A DNA stretch of 64,000 nucleotides from Candidatus Moraniibacteriota bacterium. GTDB taxonomy: Bacteria; Patescibacteriota; Minisyncoccia; Moranbacterales; GCA-2747515. This document shows, piece by piece, positions 30,357 to 40,872 of the stretch (position 1 is the first letter of the stretch; each line of letters begins with the position of its first letter). Location: assembly GCA_046116545.1 (NCBI GenBank), contig CP175956.1:641734-705733 (forward strand), written 5' to 3'. The translations under genes and the position numbers were made by a program. The notes beneath the pieces were generated by a model. It made no database searches and had not been told where the DNA came from. It saw only the letters and a list, made by a program, of their open reading frames with translations.

Positions 30357-31199
30357 TTATTTTTCTGTAGAATATCCATATTCTTTCCATGCTTTAAAAC
30401 CACCATTAATGGTTTTTGCTCCTGAAATTCCTAAATCATATAATAAGACACTTGATTCAAAACTAGTATCCTCATCAGCTCCATAAATATAAACTTTCTT
30501 TGTACTAGGTATATCGTTACTTAACATTTCTAAATCATCAAAAGGTATATTTATCGAATTTGGTACATGTTCTTTTTCATAATTACCTGATCTACGCGTA
30601 TCAATAATAAATATATTTTTTAATTCTTCTTCATTTTCAAGTAAGGCATTTAAATCTCGGGGTTCTACTAAAGATATTTTACTTTGATTTTCAAAACTTT
30701 TTTCAATAGTAGATTTAATTAGATTAAAATGTTCTTTTTCCCATGCTAATATACCTCCAGATAAATTATAAATAATACTTGAACTGGGTAAATCTCGATA
30801 TAAATCAATCATTGAACTTTCATCGCCAGAGTTACTAATTAGCACAATTGTTTTTGCAATATCTTGATTATCTATAGCAGTAATATGGATGCTTCCTTTT
30901 ATATGTCCTTTAGTAAAGTCATCTTTTGACCTAGTATCTATTACTAACAAATCATCTGAAGAAAATATTTTTTGTTGTAAGTTAAGTGGAGTGATTGTTT
31001 TTATTGTAGCTTCTTTTATATCCTCTAATTCTTGAAATGTTTCTGAAGTCTTTTGGGAGTCTTTTTCTAATTGTTCTATTTCTTGCTTGATAACATCCGA
31101 TTCTTTCTTTATTGAAGTATATTTAGTTACAGTCCATATCAATATAAATATTATTACAAATATGATTGCTATCAATATATTTTTATCTTTTTGTTTCAT
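30357..31199 (-). CDS. Membrane-anchored tandem rhodanese-like protein
   Basis: Two IDTR...GHI/HVP...GG..AW repeats; no catalytic Cys evident. Confidence 0.85.
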   Translation of the reverse strand: MKQKDKNILIAIIFVIIFILIWTVTKYTSIKKESDVIKQEIEQLEKDSQKTSETFQELEDIKEATIKTITPLNLQQKIFSSDDLLVIDTRSKDDFTKGHIKGSIHITAIDNQDIAKTIVLISNSGDESSMIDLYRDLPSSSIIYNLSGGILAWEKEHFNLIKSTIEKSFENQSKISLVEPRDLNALLENEEELKNIFIIDTRRSGNYEKEHVPNSINIPFDDLEMLSNDIPSTKKVYIYGADEDTSFESSVLLYDLGISGAKTINGGFKAWKEYGYSTEK

Positions 31200-31214
31200 T
31201 TATGTAATAGTTAT

Positions 31215-32399
31215 TTATTTTAAAATAGCTCCTTCAAAGGTTTTATGTCCATTTAAGAAGTCATATACTGGCATAACTGTCTTACATTCAGGCTGTACAG
31301 CTTCTACTATAATAGCTCCATCAAATGTTTTTATGCACAGTTGATCATGACCTATAAACACTGTTCCAGCGGTCATTTGTTGTTGTTCTGGAGTCAGTTC
31401 AGTAGAAACTGGATAAATTGCACGTAACTTTATTCGCATCAATTGATTTTCAGTTTCTTCCCAATAACTAAAGATTCCAGGCCAAGGATACATCGCTCTA
31501 TATCTATTATAAATTTCTTCCGTTGTTAAAGTCCATTGAATATGTCCATCTTCTCTATCTATCAATTGACACATGGTTGCCTTTGAATTGTCTTGTGGTG
31601 TTGCGGTTATAGAACCATCTATCAATTTTGGAGCTGTTTTCACAATCAAATCAGCTGCAATTTTTGATAGCCTTGCTAATAATTCATCTGCTTTTTCATG
31701 TTCTTTTATATCAGTTTTTTCTTGTATAATTATATCTCCAGTATCCATTCCTTCATCCATTTTCATTATAGTAACTCCAGTTTCTTTTAATCCAAGCAGT
31801 AAAGCATTCTGAACCGGAGATGCTCCTCGTAATTTTGGAAGAAGGGAAGTGTGCGCATTAAAAACTCCTATTTTTGGAATATCTAAAATTTCTTTTGGCA
31901 AAATTTTGCCATAAGATGCAACCATTATTGCATCAGGGTTTAATTTCTTAATTCTAGTAATGGCAGTAGTATCTAGTTTATTTGGTTGAAATAGGTTTAT
32001 CTCATGCTTTACGGCAATATCTCGAACTGGATTGTCTGCAAGAGTTCTATGTATGCTTGATTTTTTACGTCCGATTTTTTTATCAGGTTGTGTCATTACT
32101 TCAACAATGTTGGCTTCACCATGTTTAAGGATTTCATCTAAGATATGTCCAGCGAATTTACCTGTTCCCATAAATAGTACCTTAGTTGATTCTACATCAT
32201 TGGGATTAACCGTATCTTCGTTAGCATTAATTTGTGTTTGTGCTTCCTCTGATTTTGCAGATGTTACTGTAGCAGTATTTTTTTTAGATTCTGGGTTATC
32301 TTTTTTTTGTGCAACATCTATATGAGACTCCTTTGTTTGGTCGTCTACATCAATATGTTTTGTTTTTGATACTATTTTTATTCCTTCTATTTTATTCAT
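31215..32399 (-). CDS. fmt: Methionyl-tRNA formyltransferase with N-terminal extension
   Basis: LFMGT, TQPDK, ASYGKILP, NAHTSLLPKLRGASP, MDTGDI. Confidence 0.93.
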   Translation of the reverse strand: MNKIEGIKIVSKTKHIDVDDQTKESHIDVAQKKDNPESKKNTATVTSAKSEEAQTQINANEDTVNPNDVESTKVLFMGTGKFAGHILDEILKHGEANIVEVMTQPDKKIGRKKSSIHRTLADNPVRDIAVKHEINLFQPNKLDTTAITRIKKLNPDAIMVASYGKILPKEILDIPKIGVFNAHTSLLPKLRGASPVQNALLLGLKETGVTIMKMDEGMDTGDIIIQEKTDIKEHEKADELLARLSKIAADLIVKTAPKLIDGSITATPQDNSKATMCQLIDREDGHIQWTLTTEEIYNRYRAMYPWPGIFSYWEETENQLMRIKLRAIYPVSTELTPEQQQMTAGTVFIGHDQLCIKTFDGAIIVEAVQPECKTVMPVYDFLNGHKTFEGAILK

Positions 32400-32403
32400 A
32401 TTA

Positions 32404-32904
32404 TTACGTAATATTTAATGATTCCCTTAATTCTTTTTGTTGCTCAAATCTATCTGTCATAAGTAAACCATTGATGTGATCAATTTCATGCTGACAAACA
32501 ATTGATAAAAAATCACGAGCTTTTAATATACATGGATTTCCATCTCTATCAGTATACTGCACTGTTACTTTTTTATGTCGTATAATTTGTAATTCTTTAC
32601 CAGGCACACTCAGGCAACCTTCTGGAAATATAACCATATCGTCAGATTGATTTGTTATTTTTGGATTTATAAAAACAAATTTATCACCCTCCGCATCAAT
32701 TGTTACTATTTGTTTTGATTCATTTACTTGTGGAGCAGCAAGTCCAACACCTTTTTCTGCGTACATTGTTTCAAACATTTTATCAATTAATGTTTGTGTT
32801 TCTTCACAAACAACATTAGAAATAGCCTCAGCCTGTTGGTTGAGGATAGCGTCTCCAATATGGGTAATATTCAAATTATCACTTTTTTTCTTATGTCTTA
32901 ACAT
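32404..32904 (-). CDS. def: Peptide deformylase
   Basis: GVGLAAPQ, EGCLS, QHEIDH. Confidence 0.96.
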   Translation of the reverse strand: MLRHKKKSDNLNITHIGDAILNQQAEAISNVVCEETQTLIDKMFETMYAEKGVGLAAPQVNESKQIVTIDAEGDKFVFINPKITNQSDDMVIFPEGCLSVPGKELQIIRHKKVTVQYTDRDGNPCILKARDFLSIVCQHEIDHINGLLMTDRFEQQKELRESLNIT

Positions 32905-32982
32905 AAGTATATTATGCTTGATTTATGATAAAAGGTCAAAAAAATATGATATACTATAAATTGTAATTTTAAAGATATATTT

Positions 32983-33408
32983 ATGAGAAATATAAGTAAG
33001 ACTAGACGAAGTAAAAAGGTTAGATTAACAGTTATTATAATACTTCTTATTATTGCTGGCATCATGTTTGTTATGTGGGAAAAAGCCCGTATCGGAGCAC
33101 TGATTGCAATTGTCGCTCTTTTAGCAGCATTGGGCATGGAAGCAACAGAAAATGATTATGATTTGGGCAAGATGATTGAAACAGGCTCATTCAGTGAAGC
33201 AAAGATACAGCGAGATGAAAGTGGAAATCTCATAATAGGCGCTATGTGTAACTCTGGAGATACCCATAATTATAATTGTGCTGATTTTACTACACAAGAA
33301 GAAGCACAATCAGTTTATGAAAAATGTTTAGAAAATGGAAATGATGTACATGGACTTGATGGCAATAATGATGGAGTAGCATGTCAGAGTTTGCCACAAC
33401 GAAAGTGA
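32983..33408 (+). CDS. Membrane protein with Excalibur Ca-binding domain
   Basis: YNCADF..QEEAQ...[11 protein letters not shown]. Confidence 0.8.
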   Translation: MRNISKTRRSKKVRLTVIIILLIIAGIMFVMWEKARIGALIAIVALLAALGMEATENDYDLGKMIETGSFSEAKIQRDESGNLIIGAMCNSGDTHNYNCADFTTQEEAQSVYEKCLENGNDVHGLDGNNDGVACQSLPQRK

Positions 33409-33463
33409 TTGCAAAAAACATAATTGTAAGGTAACGTAAAAGTATTATTAGTAAAGTGAATTT

Positions 33464-34123
33464 ATGCAACAATCATTATCGCAATTTTTTGCAAAAGTAT
33501 ATGGATGGACATTTTTAGGGTTAGTTGTTTCTGGAGTAGCTGCTTTGTGGATTAATTCAATGCCAGGAGTACAGTTAAAGCTATATACAAATGGATGGAT
33601 TATGTTTGGACTAATTATTTTTGAACTGTTTCTTGTAGTATGGCTTGTTGCTAGACTTGATAAAATGTCAGCAGGTATGGCTAATGGATTTTATTTTTTC
33701 TTTGCAGCATTGAATGGTGTCACATTATCTGTAATATTTGTAGCTTATGATATAGGCACTATTGCAATAGCATTTTTTACAGCAGCGGTAATGTTCATTG
33801 TAATGAGTATAATTGGGATGTTTACAAAAGTAGATTTGTCAAAAATGGGTGGAATATTATTAATGGGACTTATTGGTGTAATATTAGCCTCAATTATTAA
33901 TATGTTCATGCAAAGTTCAATATTTGATTTCGTAATATCCATTATTACCGTAATTATATTTACTCTGCTAACAGCTTATGATACACAAAAACTCAAGAAA
34001 TATCATGCACAAGCTGGAGATAATAAAGAGGCAAATAGCAAAGCAGCTCTAATGGGGGCACTTGCACTTTATCTTGATTTTATAAATATGTTCCTAGCCT
34101 TGCTTCGCATTTTCGGACGTTAA
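33464..34123 (+). CDS. Bax inhibitor-1/YccA family membrane protein
   Basis: Seven TM, TAYDTQKLK, ALYLDFINMF. Confidence 0.92.
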   Translation: MQQSLSQFFAKVYGWTFLGLVVSGVAALWINSMPGVQLKLYTNGWIMFGLIIFELFLVVWLVARLDKMSAGMANGFYFFFAALNGVTLSVIFVAYDIGTIAIAFFTAAVMFIVMSIIGMFTKVDLSKMGGILLMGLIGVILASIINMFMQSSIFDFVISIITVIIFTLLTAYDTQKLKKYHAQAGDNKEANSKAALMGALALYLDFINMFLALLRIFGR

Positions 34124-34188
34124 AAAATGTGATTTTATAAATAGCATTATTATCATCATAAGAACAGGCCTCGAGCCTGTTCTTATTT

Positions 34189-36153
34189 TTATACAGTATT
34201 TACTGGATCAATATCTATTGTCCATTTTGTATTTTGAGTTACTAAAAAATTAGTTAAAGTTACAGATAATACATCTCCTTTTATTTTTATAATGATTTGT
34301 TTGCGATACTTATTCCTAACTTTATTTACAAGAGGCTGATATGGTTCTGATAAGATTATATTTTTGTCATCTTTACACAACTCAGTTAATTCTACATGTT
34401 TGTCATCAACTATTTTTTCAACTTCTTTTTTTGTAATATCTTGATACATTAATTTTACGAGTTTTATGTATGGAGGGTATTTTAATATTTTGCGCAATCC
34501 TAGTTCATCATCATAAAATTCTTCAAAATTGTATTTACTAGCATATTGTACAGTTGGATCTTCAGGTTGAAATGTTTGAACTATCAATTTACCCTTACCA
34601 ACTCTCATAGCCATTTGAACAATAAATGAAAAAGCTTTTTCATTCACGTCATAACTAGGCATACTCAAAAGATGATCCATATCAATAATGGCACTTACTG
34701 CTATATTGCTACTACTCCATCCTTTTGTGATCATTTGTGAGCCTATAACTATATCAATTTTTCCGTCACTGAAATCTTTGTATAATTTGTTGTGTGCTCC
34801 AGATTTTTTCATTGTTGAGCTATCTGCTATTACAACATTTGCTTTAGGAAAAAGTTTTTTTAATTCTCTTTGAATACGCTGGGTTCCTATGCCTATATGT
34901 TCAATAGGTGCTTTGCAGGATGAACATTTTGCACTAGTTTTTTGAGTATAGTTACAATGTAAACATTTATACTCTCGTGCATCAGTATTTACTAAGGCAC
35001 GAGTACAAGTTGGACATTTTGAAACAGTTCTACATTTTGAACAAACAGAAAAAGCACTTACTCCCTGTCTATTCACAAAAAGGAGGGATTGCTTTTTATC
35101 TTTCAATGCAAATCGCAATCGTGACATCAACTCTCTGGAAAGTGGGGATTTATTTTTATCCCATCTTTCTTTTTTCATATCAATTACTTCGATAGTAGGC
35201 TTATTAGATTTAACAAAAGATATAAATTCCGTGTCAGTTTTTGGATTGTCTTTGTGATAGTAATCCACTGTACGTGGTGTGGCTGATGTAAGTATATGAG
35301 GACAAGTAAATTCTTTTGCTAGAGCTTTCGAAGTGGTCCTAGCATCAAAGAGAGGATTGTGTTCCCATTGTTTGTGACTCATATCATGTGCTTCATCTAC
35401 AACAACTAGTTTTAAATCTTTGAACGGTGCAAAAAGTGCGATTCGAGTTCCTATTATGAGTTTGATTTTGCCTGATTTAATATCACGCCATTTTTTATAA
35501 AATTCACCTTTACCAAGTTTACTATGCATAACAGCAATTTCTTCAGATTTAAAAAAATGATAAATGAAAGCAGTGAAGTAAGGTGTCTGCATAAGTTCAG
35601 GCAGTAAATATAATATCTGACCATCTGTATTTTGAATTATTTTTTGTATAAGTGAAAAAAGAATTGAAAATTTATCAGTTGGATTAGTAATATGTAAAAA
35701 ATATTGTGTGGACTTCTTTGTAGAACACTCTAAAATCTGTGTTATGATTTCTTCTTGTTCAGGAGATGTTACGATTTTCTTTTGTTTTATTTTTTTGTGC
35801 ACAATTGAACCACGCATCTGCACTCGCTTAGGTAAAAAATGTTTCAAAACTACACCGATAGGGGATAGATAATAAGAAGAAATAAATTCAGCAAGCCCTA
35901 GTTGTTCTTCTGTGAGAAAATCCTTTTCAATAACTTTTGAAATTCTCCTTAATTGAAAGTTACTTTCTCTAGGAAAGTCCATAGAACACTTTGTAACAAC
36001 ACCTTCAACTCTACGCCTACCAATAGGCACTTCAACTAAAGTTCCCACAGACAACTCACTTTCATAAATATAAAAAAACGACTGATCTTTAGCCAGTGAT
36101 ATACGAGTGAGCGGAGCAACTGAAATTAAATATTTAGTATCATTTTTTTGCAT
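34189..36153 (-). CDS. priA: Primosomal protein N' (degenerate Walker A)
   Basis: VPIGRR, GTRIALFAP, VVDEAHD, SATP, four CxxC pairs, QTFQP, YPPY. Confidence 0.92.
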   Translation of the reverse strand: MQKNDTKYLISVAPLTRISLAKDQSFFYIYESELSVGTLVEVPIGRRRVEGVVTKCSMDFPRESNFQLRRISKVIEKDFLTEEQLGLAEFISSYYLSPIGVVLKHFLPKRVQMRGSIVHKKIKQKKIVTSPEQEEIITQILECSTKKSTQYFLHITNPTDKFSILFSLIQKIIQNTDGQILYLLPELMQTPYFTAFIYHFFKSEEIAVMHSKLGKGEFYKKWRDIKSGKIKLIIGTRIALFAPFKDLKLVVVDEAHDMSHKQWEHNPLFDARTTSKALAKEFTCPHILTSATPRTVDYYHKDNPKTDTEFISFVKSNKPTIEVIDMKKERWDKNKSPLSRELMSRLRFALKDKKQSLLFVNRQGVSAFSVCSKCRTVSKCPTCTRALVNTDAREYKCLHCNYTQKTSAKCSSCKAPIEHIGIGTQRIQRELKKLFPKANVVIADSSTMKKSGAHNKLYKDFSDGKIDIVIGSQMITKGWSSSNIAVSAIIDMDHLLSMPSYDVNEKAFSFIVQMAMRVGKGKLIVQTFQPEDPTVQYASKYNFEEFYDDELGLRKILKYPPYIKLVKLMYQDITKKEVEKIVDDKHVELTELCKDDKNIILSEPYQPLVNKVRNKYRKQIIIKIKGDVLSVTLTNFLVTQNTKWTIDIDPVNTV

Positions 36154-36534
36154 GCATGTATTGTAACATAATAAAAACGCCAGTATCAAATTAATGATCC
36201 TGGCGTGGTACTGGAAGATTTCACCCACATGTCAATGTTTCATTGAGCATTCTTTCTAAATAGAAAGTCTTCTGAACATGTCCGAATATTTATGTCAGTG
36301 TCATCGGATCACCGAGTCTCACTTGAAGCGAAGACTAAACTTACTCTATATCACAGCATGAGCATACCTCCGTTGTCGTAAAGTTTTTTTCATTATAATA
36401 CACTACTATTTCTTAGATATGTTTATTAAACTTTAACATATAATAATAGCATGAAATATTACTATTGTCAAGCGTTGTTTTTTACTTAAAAATAGCGTAG
36501 TATAGTAGTTAATTGATTAGTTTTACTAAAATTT

Positions 36535-37092
36535 ATGCAAAGAAAAGTATTTATCGGAATTGATTTGGATCCACATGTAAAAACCATGCTTGTTAAAGCT
36601 GTTAGTAAATGGCACAACATGCCTATTAAATGGCACAAAGAGGAGAGTCTTCATATTTCACTTATTCCTATTGGATGGGTGAATGAAGATGATGTATTTG
36701 AGATATCAGATGCTATAGAGGCAGTCACAACTGATATGAGTAATTTTGATATAGTATTTAATGAGATAGTTACTATTTCAAAAGATGACTCTAGTAATGC
36801 AAAAGATGCTCAATTAGTTCGTTTAGAAGGAGATGATAGTGATAATATGCGAATGCTGTTTGAAAAACTTGAAGATGAATTAGGTATGCCAGTTATAAAA
36901 AAGAAGCATTTTAAACCATTAGTTACACTTGGGAGAATGCGAGCAAAGAAGTGGCAAGAGCTTGAAGAGTTTCCAAATATTAATGTAGACTTTCCGATGA
37001 CGATGGATGTATTTAACATTACGCTTTTTGAAACTGTTCAAGTTGATGGGAAATGGGTAGTTGAACCAGTTAATGTATTTGAGTTGAAATAA
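36535..37092 (+). CDS. 2H phosphoesterase (ThpR/2'-5' RNA ligase family), degenerate
   Basis: RKVFIGID, LHISL first motif, FKPLVTLGR second motif lacking His. Confidence 0.75.
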   Translation: MQRKVFIGIDLDPHVKTMLVKAVSKWHNMPIKWHKEESLHISLIPIGWVNEDDVFEISDAIEAVTTDMSNFDIVFNEIVTISKDDSSNAKDAQLVRLEGDDSDNMRMLFEKLEDELGMPVIKKKHFKPLVTLGRMRAKKWQELEEFPNINVDFPMTMDVFNITLFETVQVDGKWVVEPVNVFELK

Positions 37093-37131
37093 TTTTTTTT
37101 TGATATAATATAAGAGTATACCTTCATGGGC

Positions 37132-37167
37132 AAGGTCCAACCTAGGGTCGACCCTAGGTTGGACCTT
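37132..37167. repeat. 36 bp perfect palindrome (REP-like)
   Basis: AAGGTCCAACCTAGGGTC|GACCCTAGGTTGGACCTT. Confidence 0.85.
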
Positions 37168-37174
37168 TAGTAAA

Positions 37175-37975
37175 ATGACTACAAATTTGCAAACTTACAT
37201 TTTTGGCACACGTATTGACAATCTTTCAAAGAATGAAATTCTGAGTGAAATGAGAGTTTTTTTAAGTAATAAAAAATTACAACACGTTACAACCTTAAAT
37301 CCTGAAATTTTACTTAAAGCACATAAAGATAAGAATTTTCGAGCAGTTCTAAATAAAGCTGAATTAAATGTTGCAGATGGTATTGGTATAAAATTTGCAT
37401 TTTGGCGTTATGGAGAACATCTTAAAGCTAGGTATTCGGGCATTGATTTAATGTGGGATATTTTAGATATTTCAAATGAGCAAAATTTAGGCATTTATCT
37501 AATAGCCAATGAAGATGGCTTAAGTACATGGCAAGAAACAAGAAAAGCTATTCAAAAAAAATATCCAGATTTAAAAATTAATGGAATTGATGTGTGTTGT
37601 CATCCTGAACTTGATTCAGGATCTAATGCAACAAAAAATAATTATACAATAGAAATATTGAATCAAATTCAGGATGACATATGTCAGAATGATATTCTAT
37701 TTGTGAACTTAGGAGCTCCACATCAAGAACTATTAATAAATAGACTAAGGAACTCCAAAAGTACATCTTTGCGGTTAGGTATCGGAGTTGGAGGGTCCTT
37801 TGATTACATTACAGGCAAGGTGCCTAGAGCACCTAAAATAATGCGCTATATTGGCTTTGAGTGGTTATATAGATTATTTAAACAGCCTAATAGATTCAAA
37901 CGCATAATGGATGCTGTTATAGTTTTCCCAATAGTTGTTTTATTTACCAGCGAGGATGGACAAGTGCCTAAATAA
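37175..37975 (+). CDS. WecB/TagA/CpsF glycosyltransferase
   Basis: TLNPE, ADGIG, LGAPHQE, GVGGSFD, RAP, EWLYRL. Confidence 0.93.
   Translation: MTTNLQTYIFGTRIDNLSKNEILSEMRVFLSNKKLQHVTTLNPEILLKAHKDKNFRAVLNKAELNVADGIGIKFAFWRYGEHLKARYSGIDLMWDILDISNEQNLGIYLIANEDGLSTWQETRKAIQKKYPDLKINGIDVCCHPELDSGSNATKNNYTIEILNQIQDDICQNDILFVNLGAPHQELLINRLRNSKSTSLRLGIGVGGSFDYITGKVPRAPKIMRYIGFEWLYRLFKQPNRFKRIMDAVIVFPIVVLFTSEDGQVPK
37598..37679. repeat. Palindromic element family 1 inserted in frame in the WecB/TagA gene
   Basis: TGTCATCCTGAACTTGATTCAGGATCT...TGAATCAAATTCAGGATGACA; intergenic homologue at 61954-62036. Confidence 0.88.
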
Positions 37976-38054
37976 ATGTTATATTTTGGTGTATTGGTTT
38001 AAATTAAATAAGCAACCTTTGCTTCAATGAAACATTGGTGAAACGAGTAATAAT

Positions 38055-38480
38055 ATGGAGCATTTGAAGAAAAAAAATTATATAAATAATATCATTTCAA
38101 TACCTTTTATTGTACTTTTGATTATACCTTTTGTGTTTTTGGATTTATGTGTAGAAATTTATCATAGAATTTGTTTTCCACTGTACGGAATTAAAATTGT
38201 AAATCGTTCAAAATATATTATATTAGATAGATATAAATTAGATTATTTAACTGGAGTTCAAAAAAGCAACTGCGCTTATTGTGAATACATCAATGGTCTT
38301 TTGAAATATGTAACAGAAATTGGAGCACGTACAGAAAAATATTGGTGTGCTATAAAACATAGTAAAAAAGATGGTGTTTACCCAGATCATCATAAAGATT
38401 TTTTAGAATATGGTGATGTTACTACATTTAGCAAAGAATATAAGCAAGAATTAACAAATTTAGAAAATAAACATGAATAA
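38055..38480 (+). CDS. Hypothetical membrane-associated Cys/His protein
   Basis: NCAYCEYING, TEKYWCAIKH; overlaps gltX start. Confidence 0.75.
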   Translation: MEHLKKKNYINNIISIPFIVLLIIPFVFLDLCVEIYHRICFPLYGIKIVNRSKYIILDRYKLDYLTGVQKSNCAYCEYINGLLKYVTEIGARTEKYWCAIKHSKKDGVYPDHHKDFLEYGDVTTFSKEYKQELTNLENKHE

Positions 38481-39963
38481 TAAAGATGTAAGAGTACGAT
38501 TTGCACCATCACCTACAGGAGAATTGCATATTGGTGCACTAAAAACTGCACTAATGGATTATTTATTTGCTCGCAAAAATGGTGGTGTTTTTGTATTACG
38601 TATTGAAGACACTGATCGTAAACGTCTTGTGGAAGGTGCTGTGGGTCGTTTTATCGAGATGCTTAATTGGTCTGGCATTGAAATTGACGAAGGTGTAACT
38701 GTAGCTGATTCTGGCATTGAAACAGAAATTGGTGATGCGGGTCCATATACGCAATCTAAACGAAAAGAAATTTATAAAACATATATAAACCAACTTCTTG
38801 AAGAAGAAAAAGCATATCATTGTTTTTGTAGTTCGCAAAGGTTACAAGAAATGCGTGAGATGCAGCAAGCACAAAAACTACCTCCAAAATATGACAGAAA
38901 ATGTATGTATTTGTCAGCAAAAGAAGTAACAGAAAGAATTGAATTAGGTGATGAGTATGTGGTAAGGTTTAAAATTCCAGAAGGAAAAACAACTTTTACT
39001 GATGCAGTTTACGGCAAAATTGAGGTAGAGAACGAAACATTGGATGATCAAGTAATTATGAAATCAGATGGATTACCAACATATCATTTGGCAGTTGTTG
39101 TGGATGATTATCTTATGAAAATCTCTCATATTTTCAGAGGTGCAGAGTGGCTTCCAAGTACGCCAAAACATGTTTTGCTTTATCAAGCACTTGGATGGGA
39201 AGAGAATATGCCAGAATTCTGTCATATGACAAACATCCTCAATAAGGACAAAAAGAAACTTTCTAAACGGGAAGGCAGTGTTTCTGTAGCTGATTTCCGC
39301 AGAGAAGGTTATCCTAAAGAAGCGATTATAAACTTTATTGCATTACTTGGATGGAATCCAAAAACTGAACAAGAAATCTTCACAATGGACGAATTAATTG
39401 AACAATTTGATATTGCAAAAATGAACAAGTCTGGTGGTGTGTTTGACTTGGATAGACTTGCATGGATAAGCAAAGAACATATAAAAAAGATGGATGTTGA
39501 TTATATTTATGATAATTCCATAGACTTTTTACAAGAAAAAAACTATTTCAAAGATGCTACTGATGATAAACAATCGGAAGCATATCTTAAAAAACTTATA
39601 ACAGTCGAGCAAGATAGACTTGAGAAATTTACTCAAATTGGACAAGAAAACCAATTCTTTTTTACGGACATTGTAACTAATAAAGAGTTGTTAAAATGGA
39701 AAGATAATTCTTTTGAAGACACAAAGGAAGTTTTAGAAAGAGCACAAGAAGTTTTAACTAAGATTGATGATAGTGATTGGACTCGTGAAAATTTAGAAAA
39801 ATTACTTATGGATGCAGCAGGGGATAAACGTGGAGATTTTCTTTGGCCACTTCGCAGTGCGTTAACAGGAGAAAAAAGATCTCCAAGTCCATTTGATTGC
39901 GCTTGGATATTTGGTAAGGATGAAACAATTAAACGAATTGAAATAGCATTGAAATTATTGTAA
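38473..39963 (+). CDS. gltX: Glutamate--tRNA ligase
   Basis: RFAPSPTGELHIG, LRIEDTD, KLSKR. Confidence 0.97.
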   Translation: MNNKDVRVRFAPSPTGELHIGALKTALMDYLFARKNGGVFVLRIEDTDRKRLVEGAVGRFIEMLNWSGIEIDEGVTVADSGIETEIGDAGPYTQSKRKEIYKTYINQLLEEEKAYHCFCSSQRLQEMREMQQAQKLPPKYDRKCMYLSAKEVTERIELGDEYVVRFKIPEGKTTFTDAVYGKIEVENETLDDQVIMKSDGLPTYHLAVVVDDYLMKISHIFRGAEWLPSTPKHVLLYQALGWEENMPEFCHMTNILNKDKKKLSKREGSVSVADFRREGYPKEAIINFIALLGWNPKTEQEIFTMDELIEQFDIAKMNKSGGVFDLDRLAWISKEHIKKMDVDYIYDNSIDFLQEKNYFKDATDDKQSEAYLKKLITVEQDRLEKFTQIGQENQFFFTDIVTNKELLKWKDNSFEDTKEVLERAQEVLTKIDDSDWTRENLEKLLMDAAGDKRGDFLWPLRSALTGEKRSPSPFDCAWIFGKDETIKRIEIALKLL

Positions 39964-39997
39964 TAGTATTTTAATATTTGCAGGGAGGTGAATATAC

Positions 39998-40393
39998 ATG
40001 ATTAAAACAAAATGTATTTTAACAAAACCATGTGTTACTGATGGTACACGTATTTCTGTTATGTCTAGGCATACATTAGTTGATGGTGTCACACCGGACA
40101 TCCGTATTACACAGACATTATATGATATTCATTGTAAGAATCTTGCACCACCAGATATTTTAGTAGGTGCCTTTTATAGAGGTGAGCTATCATTTAAACA
40201 ATATAGCTACGCATATAGAATGTATTTACAGCAAAAAGATTACCGAAAAACTCTGCGTAGTATTGCTAAATATGGACTGGTAGAAGATATTACATTTTTA
40301 TGTATTGAAGACTTACCAGAATATTGTCATCGATTGATTTTGTTGCAGGAATGTTTATGGCAGGAACCTGCTTTACATTACATAATTTCTTGA
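39998..40393 (+). CDS. DUF488 family protein
   Basis: DGTRISVM, LAPP, ITFLCIE....CHRLIL. Confidence 0.75.
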   Translation: MIKTKCILTKPCVTDGTRISVMSRHTLVDGVTPDIRITQTLYDIHCKNLAPPDILVGAFYRGELSFKQYSYAYRMYLQQKDYRKTLRSIAKYGLVEDITFLCIEDLPEYCHRLILLQECLWQEPALHYIIS

Positions 40394-40514
40394 AACTAAA
40401 CTGAGGTTTTTTTAATATAAAATCCTCAGTTTTTATTTGATAAAAAATTACTTCGTTTGACAAGGGTATTGCATTATGTTATAAAGTAATTAATATAATT
40501 TTTATAAAGAAGTT

Positions 40515-40685
40515 ATGAAATTTAAAGATTTCAAAAATTATTCAAATAGTAATCTTGGATGTGCGACAGATGTCGTAAAGCCTACTTTTTCTATGCGCTC
40601 AAATATTATTGAGCAAATGGATACTTGTAGCCAAGGTTGTTTTTGTCTAACTTACTTCTATAGAAAATACTTTCTTATTTCATAG
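40515..40685 (+). CDS. Unannotated 56 aa ORF, candidate leader peptide
   Basis: Follows a TTGACA(40457)/TATAAA promoter; precedes a terminator and the GNAT gene. Confidence 0.4.
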   Translation: MKFKDFKNYSNSNLGCATDVVKPTFSMRSNIIEQMDTCSQGCFCLTYFYRKYFLIS

Positions 40686-40717
40686 TTCAAAAAGTTAACT
40701 TAATATCAAAAACTATC

Positions 40718-40744
40718 TCGGCTAGATTACAAGCCGATTTTTTT
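40718..40744 (+). terminator. Intrinsic terminator or attenuator upstream of GNAT gene
   Basis: TCGGCT-loop-AGCCGA plus T7. Confidence 0.6.
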
Positions 40745-40872
40745 GTCTTGCAATCTATTGAAAAATATTAGTTTTTTGAAAATTTAATAGAAAAGGAGGA
40801 AATTATATCATGATACGTAGATAGTATTAGATGTCCTTATATTTATTTTAATTTTCCAATGGAGGAAAAAAC

